A DNA stretch of 64,000 nucleotides from an uncultured Pseudomonadales bacterium (GCA_964570365.1 CAZMXT010000003.1:3339-67338); one strand, 5' to 3'. Positions 28,783 through 38,012 are shown, counted from the first letter of the stretch. The notes: generated from the sequence alone by a model not told the origin. Program-made: numbers and translations.

Positions 28783-30150
28783 CTACTTAATCCAAACATT
28801 CTTGATATTCACAAACTCTTTGATGCCATAGTCAGACAGCTCTCGGCCATATCCAGATTTTTTAATCCCGCCAAACGGTGCTTTAGGATCAGACTTGACT
28901 TGACCATTTACAAAAACACTGCCTGCCTCGATTTGTGGAATCAGGCGCTTGGCCGTAGCTAAATCACTGGTAAAAAGAGTAGCTCCCAAACCATAGGGCG
29001 TGTCATTAGCGATCTCAATCGCCTCAGCTTCAGTTTCAAAAGTAATCACTGGGAGGACTGGACCAAAGACCTCTTCGTCGTAGACAGCCATGCCTTTTTT
29101 GACATTTGAGAGAACGGTTGGTTCGTAGAAATAGCCTGTGCCAGCTGGGCGTTTCCCACCACATAAAACTTTTGCGCCTAGGGCAACTGACTGCTTTACC
29201 TGCTCCTCTACGTCCAACAAAATTTGCTCCGTGGCCAATGGCCCCACCTTGGTGGCTGCATTCGCAGGATCGCCAACTACCAAACTAGAGAAAAGCTCTG
29301 TCACACCAGCCGTAAATTTTTCAACAATATCTTTATGGACGATAAAACGCTTGGCAGCGATACAACTTTGACCAACGTTATTCTGCATCCGTGCCGCAGC
29401 TGCCACCTCACAACTAAATGGTAGGTCAGCGTCAGCCATCACAATAAATGGATCGCTTCCCCCCAGCTCCAGCACTACTTTTTTAATCTCTTCGCCTGCT
29501 ACTTTGGCGACCTGGCTCCCCGCTTTTTCACTGCCGGTTAAAGTCACGGCTTGGACGCGAGGATCTCGAATCACTTTTTCCACCCGAGCCGATCCAATCA
29601 ACAAGTTCTGAAAAGCGCCAACTGGAAATCCACACTCAACAAATGCTTTTTCAATGGCTTCTGCGCACTGCGGCACATTTGACGCATGTTTCAACACACC
29701 AACGTTCCCAGCCATCAGGGCAGGGGCAGCAAATCGATAGACTTGCCAGAATGGAAAGTTCCAGGGCATCACGGCTAGAACAATACCTATTGGGTCAAAC
29801 TGGACATAACTTTCGCTGCCAGTGGTCTCAATTTTTTCATGGCTTAAAAATTTCTCGGCATTTTCGGCATAAAACTCACAAACTAGGCTGCACTTCTCAA
29901 TTTCCCCTTCACCAGCGGGAATCGTTTTCCCCATTTCCAAAGTCATCAATTGAGCCAGCTGAGTTTTATGGTCCAGCAGGTATTCCGACATTTTCCGCAT
30001 CAATGTAGCCCGTTCTGAAAACGAAGTCTTCCGCCAACTTTGAAAAGCAGTTTGCGCCTGTCCCAGCTTCGTCTCTAGCTCTGAATCACTCAGCTCAGAA
30101 AACTCTTTGACAACTTCAAGTGTAGCTGGGTTTTTCGATTGGATTGGCAT
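28783..30150 (-). CDS. NAD(P)+-dependent aldehyde dehydrogenase (succinate-semialdehyde dehydrogenase-like, GabD/YneI family)
   Basis: Start at ATG 30150..30148 (MPIQSKNPATLEV...), preceded by AAGGA. ALDH motifs: catalytic Cys region (QSCIAAKRF) and the ELGG glutamate block (VLELGGSDPFIV). Confidence 0.8.
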   Translation of the reverse strand: MPIQSKNPATLEVVKEFSELSDSELETKLGQAQTAFQSWRKTSFSERATLMRKMSEYLLDHKTQLAQLMTLEMGKTIPAGEGEIEKCSLVCEFYAENAEKFLSHEKIETTGSESYVQFDPIGIVLAVMPWNFPFWQVYRFAAPALMAGNVGVLKHASNVPQCAEAIEKAFVECGFPVGAFQNLLIGSARVEKVIRDPRVQAVTLTGSEKAGSQVAKVAGEEIKKVVLELGGSDPFIVMADADLPFSCEVAAAARMQNNVGQSCIAAKRFIVHKDIVEKFTAGVTELFSSLVVGDPANAATKVGPLATEQILLDVEEQVKQSVALGAKVLCGGKRPAGTGYFYEPTVLSNVKKGMAVYDEEVFGPVLPVITFETEAEAIEIANDTPYGLGATLFTSDLATAKRLIPQIEAGSVFVNGQVKSDPKAPFGGIKKSGYGRELSDYGIKEFVNIKNVWIK

Positions 30151-30160
30151 AACGTATCCT

Positions 30161-31801
30161 TTACAAATCTGCCGTTTGGGCGCGCAAAGCCTTGCCAAAA
30201 ACGAGCGTGTTCTCCGAATAATCGACTGGGCAATCAATAATATGAATTCCTTTGCTGTGTAGGGCCTTTTCCATCATCGGCAAAAAATCCTCGGCACTAG
30301 TAATTTTATGTCCGACTGCACCAAAGCTCTCAGCCAACTTTAAAAAATCTGGGTTGGTAAAGGAAAGACCATAATCAGCTAAATTCATCTCCGCTTGCTT
30401 CCACTTGATCATGCCGTAGCCAGAGTCATTGATAATCAGAATAACCAGATCTATTCCTAGCCGTTGAGCCGTTTCCAGCTCCGCCACATTCATCAAAAAC
30501 CCGCCATCGCCAGCGACCACCACAATTTTTCTCTCGGGATACAACAACTTGGCAGCAATTCCCACCGGCAACCCGGCTCCCATGGTGGCAAAGGCATTAT
30601 CTAGCAACACCGTGTTTTGCTCGTAAGCCGGATAATTGCGGGCAATCCAGAGTTTATACATGCCGTTATCGAGCGACAAAATTCCATCTCGGGGCATAAT
30701 TTTCCGCAACTCTGAGACGATTCGTTGCGGCTTCATTGGGAAACTGGAATCCGTAGTTTTCTGCTTAGAGTGTGCGCGAAGCTTTTTCTGCAGCTCAAAA
30801 AATGCATCAAAGTTCCAAGTTTTTTTTGGTGAAATTTGTTCGGTCATCGCCCATAACGTGTGAGAAATATCTCCCACCACTTCGTGCGAGGGAATATAAA
30901 CGTCATCAATATCTGCTTGGTAAAAGTTAATGTGAATGACCGTGTGGCGCTCGGGAGTCAAGATCACTGGCGGCTTCTCAGTTATGTCGTGACCAATCAT
31001 AATAATTGAGTCTGCTCGATCCAACATGCGGTGCATGTAGTCATCGTTACTGAGTGCGGTCGTACCGAGGTACAGCGCAGAACTTTCATCCTCCACCCCT
31101 TTCCCCATCTGGGTGGTAATGAAAGGAATGCCAGTTTTCTTGATAAAGAGTCCTAAGTGTTTACGTACCAACTTTCGATTTGCCCCTGCTCCCACCACAA
31201 TGACTGGCTGCTTAGCTTTCTCAATCGCTTCGACGGCAGCTTGAATGGCTTTAGGATCTGGACCTGAACGCCGCACTTTTTCCCAAAGAATTGGTTGTGC
31301 ATTCGTCTCTTCTTCAGCAATATCCTCTGGTAATTCTAAGTGGACTGCTCCCGGCCGCTCAGTTTCCGCCAACCTGACTGCTTGATGAACTGCACTTGGG
31401 ATGCGATCAGCGCTGACAATCGTTCGGGTGAACTTGGTAATCGGCTCCATCATCCTCACCACATCAATGATCTGAAACCTGCCTTGCTTACTTTTACGAA
31501 TCGGCTTCTGGCCAGTAATCACCAACAGCGGCATACCACCGAGCTGGGCGTAGGCCACCCCAGTTACGAGGTTGGTCGCACCAGGACCTAAAGTGGACAA
31601 GGCCACTCCCGCTTTCCCAGTTAAACGACCTACAGTCGCCGCCATGAAAACAGCAGACTGTTCGTCACGGGTCACCACTAGCTTGATTGAGGACTCACGG
31701 ATTGCATCAAGAACAGCCAAATTTTCTTCGCCTGGCAGTCCAAAAATATACTTGATTCCAGCTGACTCTAAACATTTAATAAGAAGTTGGGATGCTTTCA
31801 T
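30161..31801 (-). CDS. Thiamine-diphosphate enzyme of the acetolactate synthase / 2-oxoacid decarboxylase family
   Basis: Start at ATG 31801..31799, preceded by GGAG. It has an N-terminal pyrimidine-binding domain (...GLPGEENLAVLDA...), a central domain and a C-terminal TPP-binding GDGGF motif (VVVAGDGGFLMNVAELETA). It is 10 nt upstream of the ALDH gene. Confidence 0.8.
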   Translation of the reverse strand: MKASQLLIKCLESAGIKYIFGLPGEENLAVLDAIRESSIKLVVTRDEQSAVFMAATVGRLTGKAGVALSTLGPGATNLVTGVAYAQLGGMPLLVITGQKPIRKSKQGRFQIIDVVRMMEPITKFTRTIVSADRIPSAVHQAVRLAETERPGAVHLELPEDIAEEETNAQPILWEKVRRSGPDPKAIQAAVEAIEKAKQPVIVVGAGANRKLVRKHLGLFIKKTGIPFITTQMGKGVEDESSALYLGTTALSNDDYMHRMLDRADSIIMIGHDITEKPPVILTPERHTVIHINFYQADIDDVYIPSHEVVGDISHTLWAMTEQISPKKTWNFDAFFELQKKLRAHSKQKTTDSSFPMKPQRIVSELRKIMPRDGILSLDNGMYKLWIARNYPAYEQNTVLLDNAFATMGAGLPVGIAAKLLYPERKIVVVAGDGGFLMNVAELETAQRLGIDLVILIINDSGYGMIKWKQAEMNLADYGLSFTNPDFLKLAESFGAVGHKITSAEDFLPMMEKALHSKGIHIIDCPVDYSENTLVFGKALRAQTADL

Positions 31802-31860
31802 AAAAACTCCAAAGTTAGCTGATTCTAGCACCCTTGGTGGTTCAATTTAGGACTGAGATT

Positions 31861-32736
31861 CTAAAAAGCCGTCAGCACAATTCCGGCTACGGTCATAGCA
31901 ATTCCCAGCAGTTGAACTCTACTCACTTTTTCTTTCAAGAAGATGACAGCCAAAGCGACTGTGACCACGGTCAAAGCCGATGAAATTGGTGAGACAAGAA
32001 TAATATCTCCGTGAGTAATTCCATAGCTGGTAGCCAAAATTCCTAACGCCTCTAAGAAACCCATCCCAATCAGCGCGGGCAGAATATTCTTACTGAGACT
32101 GTCTAGTTTCAGTTGTCGCTGAGAAGTCAGCGAAATGATAAAAACAGTTAAGATCGCCGTCACCTTGACTAAAAAGCTCACTACTAAAAAGTGAACTTGC
32201 TCTACGATTACTTCATTCAGGGGCCAGTAAAGAATCCCAAAAATAACTGCTGCTAAAAATGTCTCTTTGAAGCCTTTGAGTAAGGCAATCGTTTTAGTCC
32301 GCCTAAAGTCTTGGAAATTGACTGAAACCAGTAATACACCAAGCATCACTAAGGCCAGAGCAGGAACCTGAATTAAGGTCAACTGCTGCCCTCTGAGAAA
32401 AAAGGCAATCAAGATCACAAACAGCACCTGCATATTAATCACTGCTGAGACTACTGAAATATTACCAATCTCAAATCCTCGATAAAAAAGTAAATAACCT
32501 GCGGTATAGGCAACTCCTGAGAAAAGAGTTAGACCTAGGAGCAAAGGAGTAAAGTGAAACTCAGGACGAAAGAGCAAGATAGCGAGCAGAATAAGTGCTG
32601 CACCAGCAACTTGAGACCAAAAAAAAGCTTTGAAATGGCCGATCTTCTCAGAAGTAATGTTCGCCAGAAAATCTGAAGTTCCCCAGCCCAACATGCCGCC
32701 TAAACCACCTAAAATGCCAATGAGAGTTCTATCCAT
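31861..32736 (-). CDS. EamA/DMT-superfamily transporter
   Basis: 291 aa, 10 TM helices, with an internal duplication typical of EamA domains. Confidence 0.7.
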   Translation of the reverse strand: MDRTLIGILGGLGGMLGWGTSDFLANITSEKIGHFKAFFWSQVAGAALILLAILLFRPEFHFTPLLLGLTLFSGVAYTAGYLLFYRGFEIGNISVVSAVINMQVLFVILIAFFLRGQQLTLIQVPALALVMLGVLLVSVNFQDFRRTKTIALLKGFKETFLAAVIFGILYWPLNEVIVEQVHFLVVSFLVKVTAILTVFIISLTSQRQLKLDSLSKNILPALIGMGFLEALGILATSYGITHGDIILVSPISSALTVVTVALAVIFLKEKVSRVQLLGIAMTVAGIVLTAF

Positions 32737-32864
32737 TTAACTGAATTTTACACTAGAAAGATGCTGTTTTGGTTGAAAGATTTTTTATCGCTTACCCACT
32801 TTTTTGTGAAGACTTAAAATCAAATTGCGTATTAAAAACCAATAATACTCTAAAATTGTTTCCT

Positions 32865-33295
32865 TCAATTACTTCTACACTCACCTTCATCACTCCCCTT
32901 TTTGGTTTGAATAAAAAGAACTCCACCAGTCCTTAAAATTCGCCAGAGATCTTGTATCACCCGCCGAACCTCTTCTCGCTCAAGGTGCAAGATTGACGCT
33001 TTGGCCCAAACGCCGTCAAACTCATGACTTGGGTTGGCACTTCCAGATGCAAGCGGTTGGCCTCTTTCAACAACTCAGGAGAAATGTCTATTCCGAGTGC
33101 CCGATGACTTTTTTACATAAAGTAGGCAGCATCACGGGCTGAACCACACCCAGCATCAAGTACATATCCGTTTTCAGGTAAAAGTGACAAAAACTTGTCT
33201 AGTTCAATCGTGTTTAGCTTGTTCTCAAAATGCTCGACAAAGTCAGTAGCATGCTGATTGTAGACTTGGATTGTGGAGTAAAAACGCTGGCTCAT
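32865..33295 (-). pseudogene. Decayed class I SAM-dependent methyltransferase (in-frame TAA stop plus a downstream frameshift)
   Basis: The 60-aa ORF ends ...YVLDAGCGSARDAAYFM* (motif I). Reading straight through the TAA continues KSHRALGIDISPELLKEANRLHLEV... (the post-I region). About 50 codons later a different frame reads VIQDLWRILRTGGVLFIQTKKGSDEGE (the post-III region). Confidence 0.65.
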
Positions 33296-33819
33296 ATTTT
33301 TTCAGGAACCATAACCCTCTCAGAGTTCATCGTCTCTAAATCAAGAATCACAAAACTACTTTCTTTATCTACTTCTTGACGGAGCCATTCATCCTTAGTG
33401 ACTGTATTTCCTGGATTAATAAAAACTGTCTGGCCATGCTGGACAACGCGATACTCATGGTCATGACCGCCAATTGCCAGATCATATTGCTGACTTTGAG
33501 CGACTAACTCTGAGATATCAGAATAGTGATTCATAAAAATCTTCCGACCTTCCAGCTCTAGACTCATCTGCCCTAAATGACAGGTCATGTTTTCTGCGGC
33601 CTCAGCCCGACTCATCGCCAACGCCTTCTCACCATCATTGTTCCCAAAAATAAAGTGAAGATGCCCTTCATAATGGTCTCGAAAACGATACAAAATTCCA
33701 GGATTGATCATGTCACCAGCGTGTAGCGCAATCGTGATTTGGTGTTCATTTAAATACTTAATTATCCAGACGATCGCGGGAGTGTTATCGTGAGTGTCGG
33801 AGATAATAGCAATTTTCAC
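33292..33819 (-). CDS. YfcE/MJ0936-family metallophosphoesterase
   Basis: Calcineurin-like motifs: DTHDN, HAGDM, GNND, GGHDHE. Confidence 0.8.
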   Translation of the reverse strand: MKIAIISDTHDNTPAIVWIIKYLNEHQITIALHAGDMINPGILYRFRDHYEGHLHFIFGNNDGEKALAMSRAEAAENMTCHLGQMSLELEGRKIFMNHYSDISELVAQSQQYDLAIGGHDHEYRVVQHGQTVFINPGNTVTKDEWLRQEVDKESSFVILDLETMNSERVMVPEKI

Positions 33820-34385
33820 TTTACCTCAGCTTTCTCGCGTCCCTCTTTTAAGACTTGACTCATCCACAGCAGTTCTTTTAAGAGTCTCTTCACCCTTCTC
33901 TCCCAAGGTGCTGGATCAATAAATACTCCATTCTCCATTTCTTTGTCTACCTTCGTCACATTCACATCATTAAACGTAGCGACTAGGCCTAACTCTCGAA
34001 CAACCGGCAACAAGCTTTCTACCACCCTGACTCCCCCAAAAGACCCACCGGACACACCAACAAACGCCACTGACTTATGAATGTACTCCTTCAAGTGCAA
34101 GTCCAACATATACTTCAGACTACCTGGATAACCACTGTTATACTCTGGTGTCACAATAATAAAGGCATCGGCAGCAGCTACTTTGGCAGTCAGCTCTGGA
34201 TACTTGGCTTGGGTGCCTTCATCATCAAAATTTAGACCGAGACTCTGAGGACTGACAACCTCTGCATGGATCTCTGGGTTCTGGGTGGCTACTTCGAGCA
34301 CAAAGTTCGCTACGTGTTGAGTGTAGTTTCCTTGCCGAGCTGAACCTGAAAAAATGAGGATGTTGTGCATCACTTGATTGTACAA
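33816..34385 (-). CDS. NAD(P)H-dependent FMN reductase / flavodoxin-like oxidoreductase
   Basis: ILIFSGSARQGNYT ... IIVTPEYNSGYPGSLKYMLD is the NADPH-dependent FMN reductase signature. Confidence 0.75.
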   Translation of the reverse strand: MYNQVMHNILIFSGSARQGNYTQHVANFVLEVATQNPEIHAEVVSPQSLGLNFDDEGTQAKYPELTAKVAAADAFIIVTPEYNSGYPGSLKYMLDLHLKEYIHKSVAFVGVSGGSFGGVRVVESLLPVVRELGLVATFNDVNVTKVDKEMENGVFIDPAPWERRVKRLLKELLWMSQVLKEGREKAEVK

Positions 34386-34616
34386 CTAAAAACTCATTCT
34401 TTAATATGGTATGGTGAGCTCTGTATCAAAGACTGCGAGTTGTTAGAGCAGCAACCCAAAATTGAAGCGCTGCTGGACGCTGTTTCGTATTTCTTACACT
34501 ACCCTTTACTGCTCCAAGACATTCGACAACTACTTGCTCAAATTATTGATATTGAGCGGGTCGTATCGCGTTTATCAGCGAAGCTTGGGAGTCAATGGAG
34601 CTGTTGGATAATATAG
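34365..34616 (+). pseudogene. Possible relic fragment of mutS (core/lever domain remnant), about 80 codons
   Basis: An orphan ORF in a 270-nt gap translates ...LLEQQPKIEALLDAVSYFLHYPLLLQDIRQLLAQIIDIERVVSRLSAKLG.... This resembles the MutS segment ...IGDIERILARLALRTARPRDL.... No intact mutS is nearby. The call rests on a remembered motif only. Confidence 0.25.
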
Positions 34617-34658
34617 CTGTCGCACTGCTGCGAAGGCGAGCTACTCACTCGCTAGGAT

Positions 34659-34970
34659 TTACTTGGAAAATTTTTCTTTGAGCAACTGCTTGATTTCGGC
34701 GAGCTCCAGTTCAATCGAGTGAATCTTGACCTGTAAAGCATCTTCCGAGGACTCAGTTTCGCCAATAAAATAAGTAACTGGTTTGTAGGTGACAGTACTA
34801 ATTTCGCGCAGTGTTCCCAGTGGTGGAATCGCTCTACCGACTTCATAGGAGCTAACAGCTTTATCAGATAACTTCAGCAAACTCCCCAATTCTCTTTGGG
34901 AGAGACCCACCTCTTGGCGGGCGCGTTTAATTTTCTGGCCAATAGTGAAGTTTTTTTTAAGGTTTGACAT
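34659..34970 (-). CDS. XRE-family helix-turn-helix transcriptional regulator
   Basis: The N-terminal region matches the XRE HTH signature (IGQKIKRARQEVGLSQRELGSLLKLSDKAVSSYEVG). The C-terminus is a coiled coil. Confidence 0.75.
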   Translation of the reverse strand: MSNLKKNFTIGQKIKRARQEVGLSQRELGSLLKLSDKAVSSYEVGRAIPPLGTLREISTVTYKPVTYFIGETESSEDALQVKIHSIELELAEIKQLLKEKFSK

Positions 34971-35018
34971 GCCTGTTCTTTTTTGAGTAGAATTTATCTA
35001 CTATTATTAGATATTTCT

Positions 35019-35381
35019 ATGCTTATAATTGAGCCAAATACTCAGCTTACTTTGCCGTACCATTATGTTTCTGACCTGAGCTCAGAAAAGCATACCGTGC
35101 TTCGTGTTTCTACGCTAGAGCAAGCAATTATAAAGCTTGATTCGCATCAGCCAAAGGTGGTTTTTTTAAGCACCTCTTTCGATCCAAATCAGGCGCTGGA
35201 ATTTCTGGAGAAACTGAAAGAGTATTCAAGCACAGGAATTATTCCTCTCATTTTTGTGGTGGATTGGTCGCAAAGGGTGCAAACTTTACTTGGAACTAGT
35301 TGGGGTGATGCAGTCGGAATCCTGCACAGCTTGAGCTCCCAGGAAGAAGTGGCGGCTACGCTGAAACGGCTCAGGATTTAA
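35019..35381 (+). CDS. Stand-alone degenerate receiver-like (pseudo-REC) domain protein
   Basis: Start at ATG 35019 (MLIIEPNTQ...). It has an alternating beta/alpha pattern of CheY length. The conserved acidic pair is replaced by E-P and the phospho-acceptor position reads FLSTSF, with no Asp. Divergent from the XRE regulator. Confidence 0.45.
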   Translation: MLIIEPNTQLTLPYHYVSDLSSEKHTVLRVSTLEQAIIKLDSHQPKVVFLSTSFDPNQALEFLEKLKEYSSTGIIPLIFVVDWSQRVQTLLGTSWGDAVGILHSLSSQEEVAATLKRLRI

Positions 35382-36783
35382 ACACGCGTTGGCCATCTTT
35401 TTCATCACTGACAGAGTATCCCAGTTGTTCAATTTGCTGTCGCAGCTGATCTGCAGCAGTCCAATCTCTTGCGTCCCGAGCTGTTTGACGTTGAGTGACT
35501 AACGCTTGCACTTCAGCAGGCAACTCAATCGACTCTGCTTTTTCTAGCTGCCGTAGCCCCAGGCCCAACACTTCATCAAACTCAACCAGTAAATCGTATT
35601 TATCTGTGGCAGGAATATTGGACTTGGTCACCTCCCAAACTACAGCCATTGCTTCCGGAGTATTCAGGTCAGTCTCCATGAACTCAAAAAACCTGCGGTG
35701 ATACTCATTGATCTTTTGTAGTTTTTCCTCACTTAGAGCTACTCGATCAGTTTCTTGACGGAACTGGACCAACAGGTTGGAGAGGCGCAGCCAAGTTTTT
35801 TGTGCTCCCTCCAAGTTTTCCCAAGTAAAGTTCATTTCCGAGCGATAGTTGGTCGTCAGAAAAAGTAAGCGCAACGCCTTGGGATCCAGACCCCTCTTCA
35901 CTACGTCATCAATAGTAAAAAAGTTACCCAGTGACTTACTCATTTTCTCGCCATTCACATGAAGGTGATTATGGTGCACCCAGTACCGAACAAACGGTTT
36001 CTTGCCGGTGGCAGCCTCAGCTTGGGCAATCTCATTGGTATGGTGGACAGGAATATGATCAATTCCGCCAGTATGAACGTCAAACTGCTCACCCAGATAC
36101 TTCATGGCCATGGCCGAGCACTCAATGTGCCAACCTGGGAAGCTGCGTTTGGCCCAAGGACTCTCCCAGATCATCGCCCGATTCTCCCCCGGCCGCTCAA
36201 ACTTCCAGAGCGCGAAGTCGCTTGGACTTCGTTTACCTTCGATCTGCTCTACCCGCGCGCCAGCTTTGAGGTCATCGAGCTTGAGCATTGCTAGTTTGCC
36301 ATAGTCGCCTAGCTTAGAAGTATCAAAGTAGACGCCGTCATTTTCGATGACGTAGGCGAAGCCCTTTTGCTCGAGATTTTTGACCATCTCTAACTGCTCT
36401 GGAATGTGCTCAGTGGCGCGGCAACTAATGTCTGGCCGCAAGTTGCCCATCAAGTCCATCGAACGGAAAAAGTACTCTTCAAACTCTTTGGCAACATCCC
36501 AAACCGACTTGCCATATTTTTTCGCACCTTTTTCGAGCTTATCTTCACCAGTATCGGCGTCGGAAGCCAGATGGCCGACATCAGTCACATTCTGGACAAA
36601 CTTAACTTTATAACCAGCGTGGCGGAGAGTGCGGATCAGCACATCATCGAGCGTATATTTTCGTAAGTGACCTAAATGTGTGTAGTCGTAGACCGTAAAG
36701 CCACAGGCATACAACCCAACTTCGGGACCAGCAATCGGCTCAAAGTCCTCGATACTACGAGACATGGTGTTGAAGAGTTTCAT
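35371..36783 (-). CDS. cysS: Cysteine--tRNA ligase
   Basis: Start at ATG 36783..36781, preceded by AAGGA. Class I motifs HIGH-like (YDYTHLGHL) and KMSKS, plus zinc-ligand Cys residues. Confidence 0.9.
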   Translation of the reverse strand: MKLFNTMSRSIEDFEPIAGPEVGLYACGFTVYDYTHLGHLRKYTLDDVLIRTLRHAGYKVKFVQNVTDVGHLASDADTGEDKLEKGAKKYGKSVWDVAKEFEEYFFRSMDLMGNLRPDISCRATEHIPEQLEMVKNLEQKGFAYVIENDGVYFDTSKLGDYGKLAMLKLDDLKAGARVEQIEGKRSPSDFALWKFERPGENRAMIWESPWAKRSFPGWHIECSAMAMKYLGEQFDVHTGGIDHIPVHHTNEIAQAEAATGKKPFVRYWVHHNHLHVNGEKMSKSLGNFFTIDDVVKRGLDPKALRLLFLTTNYRSEMNFTWENLEGAQKTWLRLSNLLVQFRQETDRVALSEEKLQKINEYHRRFFEFMETDLNTPEAMAVVWEVTKSNIPATDKYDLLVEFDEVLGLGLRQLEKAESIELPAEVQALVTQRQTARDARDWTAADQLRQQIEQLGYSVSDEKDGQRVFKS

Positions 36784-36970
36784 AGGAGTCCTTGAATTCA
36801 CTCAGATCATATCATTAAGTTTTGCTGTCATCAGTCTAAAGAGGTTGCCTGGACTTTTTTTCCAATCAATTTCATCACCTTTTGTGTAGGGATTAAAGTC
36901 TGCTATGAGAGGTGCAGTTTGGGCTGGGGTTTCGCTATCCATCAGAGCTCCATTATAGAGGACTTTTCAT

Positions 36971-37543
36971 CTACCCAGCACTACTCAGTTTTTGGCGGTC
37001 ATCGTTAAGTTTTTTAGTGATTCGTGCTTTATTAGACCCACCATCCGAGCCTGCACCGCTCCGCTTGCCCTGTGGTTGAGCAAGATCTTGGCTGCGATTT
37101 TGCGCCTCAGCTCTTTCTCTGTGTTTTTGCCCTTCTTCCTCGCGGGCAGCTGCTTCCCGCTCCCGTATTCTTTGCTGCACCATTTGCTGTTGCTCTGCAT
37201 TCATCTGGTTATATTTTTGGAGCATCTTTTTCTTGCGGGCAATTTCTTCTGGCGCATCACTAGATTTAATTCCTAGTACTGATTGCAAGATCGGTGGCAA
37301 AAAATCAACCACTCCCTCGCCGATGTCTTTACCTAAATACTTCGCTTCTTGAACTGGAGTCCCAATCGACCGGGGTGGTTTTTGTGGCTGAGGAGCTCCG
37401 CCTATACCAGGCAACCCCGCTCCTCCTCCAGCACCAGGCTTGGCACCTGGAACCCCTCCCATTCCCATTTGATTCAGAGTTGATTGCAAATCTGGTGATG
37501 AAAAGGGTGATGGACCAGCTCCTGGGTTGGGATTATCTGCCAT
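36971..37543 (-). CDS. Hypothetical low-complexity protein (Gly/Pro-rich N-terminus, charged coiled-coil C-terminus)
   Basis: 190-aa ORF on the same strand as its neighbours, consistent in frame, with no domain recognised. The overlapping plus-strand ORFs were rejected. Confidence 0.45.
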   Translation of the reverse strand: MADNPNPGAGPSPFSSPDLQSTLNQMGMGGVPGAKPGAGGGAGLPGIGGAPQPQKPPRSIGTPVQEAKYLGKDIGEGVVDFLPPILQSVLGIKSSDAPEEIARKKKMLQKYNQMNAEQQQMVQQRIREREAAAREEEGQKHRERAEAQNRSQDLAQPQGKRSGAGSDGGSNKARITKKLNDDRQKLSSAG

Positions 37544-37550
37544 AGCAACC

Positions 37551-37967
37551 TTAGACTTTAGTGTGACCTAGCTGAACAATATGCATCCCATCCATACCTT
37601 CTTCTTGCTTTTGTTTTTCATCAACCTTCTCTTGCTCCTGCTCAACCATAGCTTGATACTGTGGAGACTGAGAAACTGTTTTCAAGTTTGCTAACTCAGC
37701 TTGAATTTTTGCGGCATCCTCCAGTTTTTGCTGAGCTCTGGCTTCCTCTGCCTCTTTGGCTTTCTTCTCGGCTTCTTCTTCGGCGGCGTTCATTGCCTTT
37801 GCTTGTGCGTCGTTTAAAATTTGATCTAGAACATCGAGCGGCGTTTCTTTTTTGTCAGTTTTTTTAGCTCCAACAGCTGCAGGAATCGTGTCATCCTGGA
37901 CCATCAGATCCGCACTCGGCACGAGCGGGTTTGGCGGTGTAACAGGAACAATGGGAGTATCAGTCAT
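37551..37967 (-). CDS. Hypothetical charged coiled-coil protein
   Basis: 138 aa. A Pro-rich N-terminus is followed by an E/K/A-rich helical region. 8 nt upstream of the previous low-complexity gene. Confidence 0.45.
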   Translation of the reverse strand: MTDTPIVPVTPPNPLVPSADLMVQDDTIPAAVGAKKTDKKETPLDVLDQILNDAQAKAMNAAEEEAEKKAKEAEEARAQQKLEDAAKIQAELANLKTVSQSPQYQAMVEQEQEKVDEKQKQEEGMDGMHIVQLGHTKV

Positions 37968-38012
37968 ACCCTAAACATACAAGAAAGAGGTGGTACTGCG
38001 CAAGTCGAGAAG

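Noticed and set aside
36992-37545. Plus-strand ORFs (36992..37276, 37072..37263, 37294..37545) overlapping the low-complexity gene
   Set aside because: They are shadow ORFs in a repetitive GC-richer segment. The minus-strand frame is co-directional with neighbours and longer.
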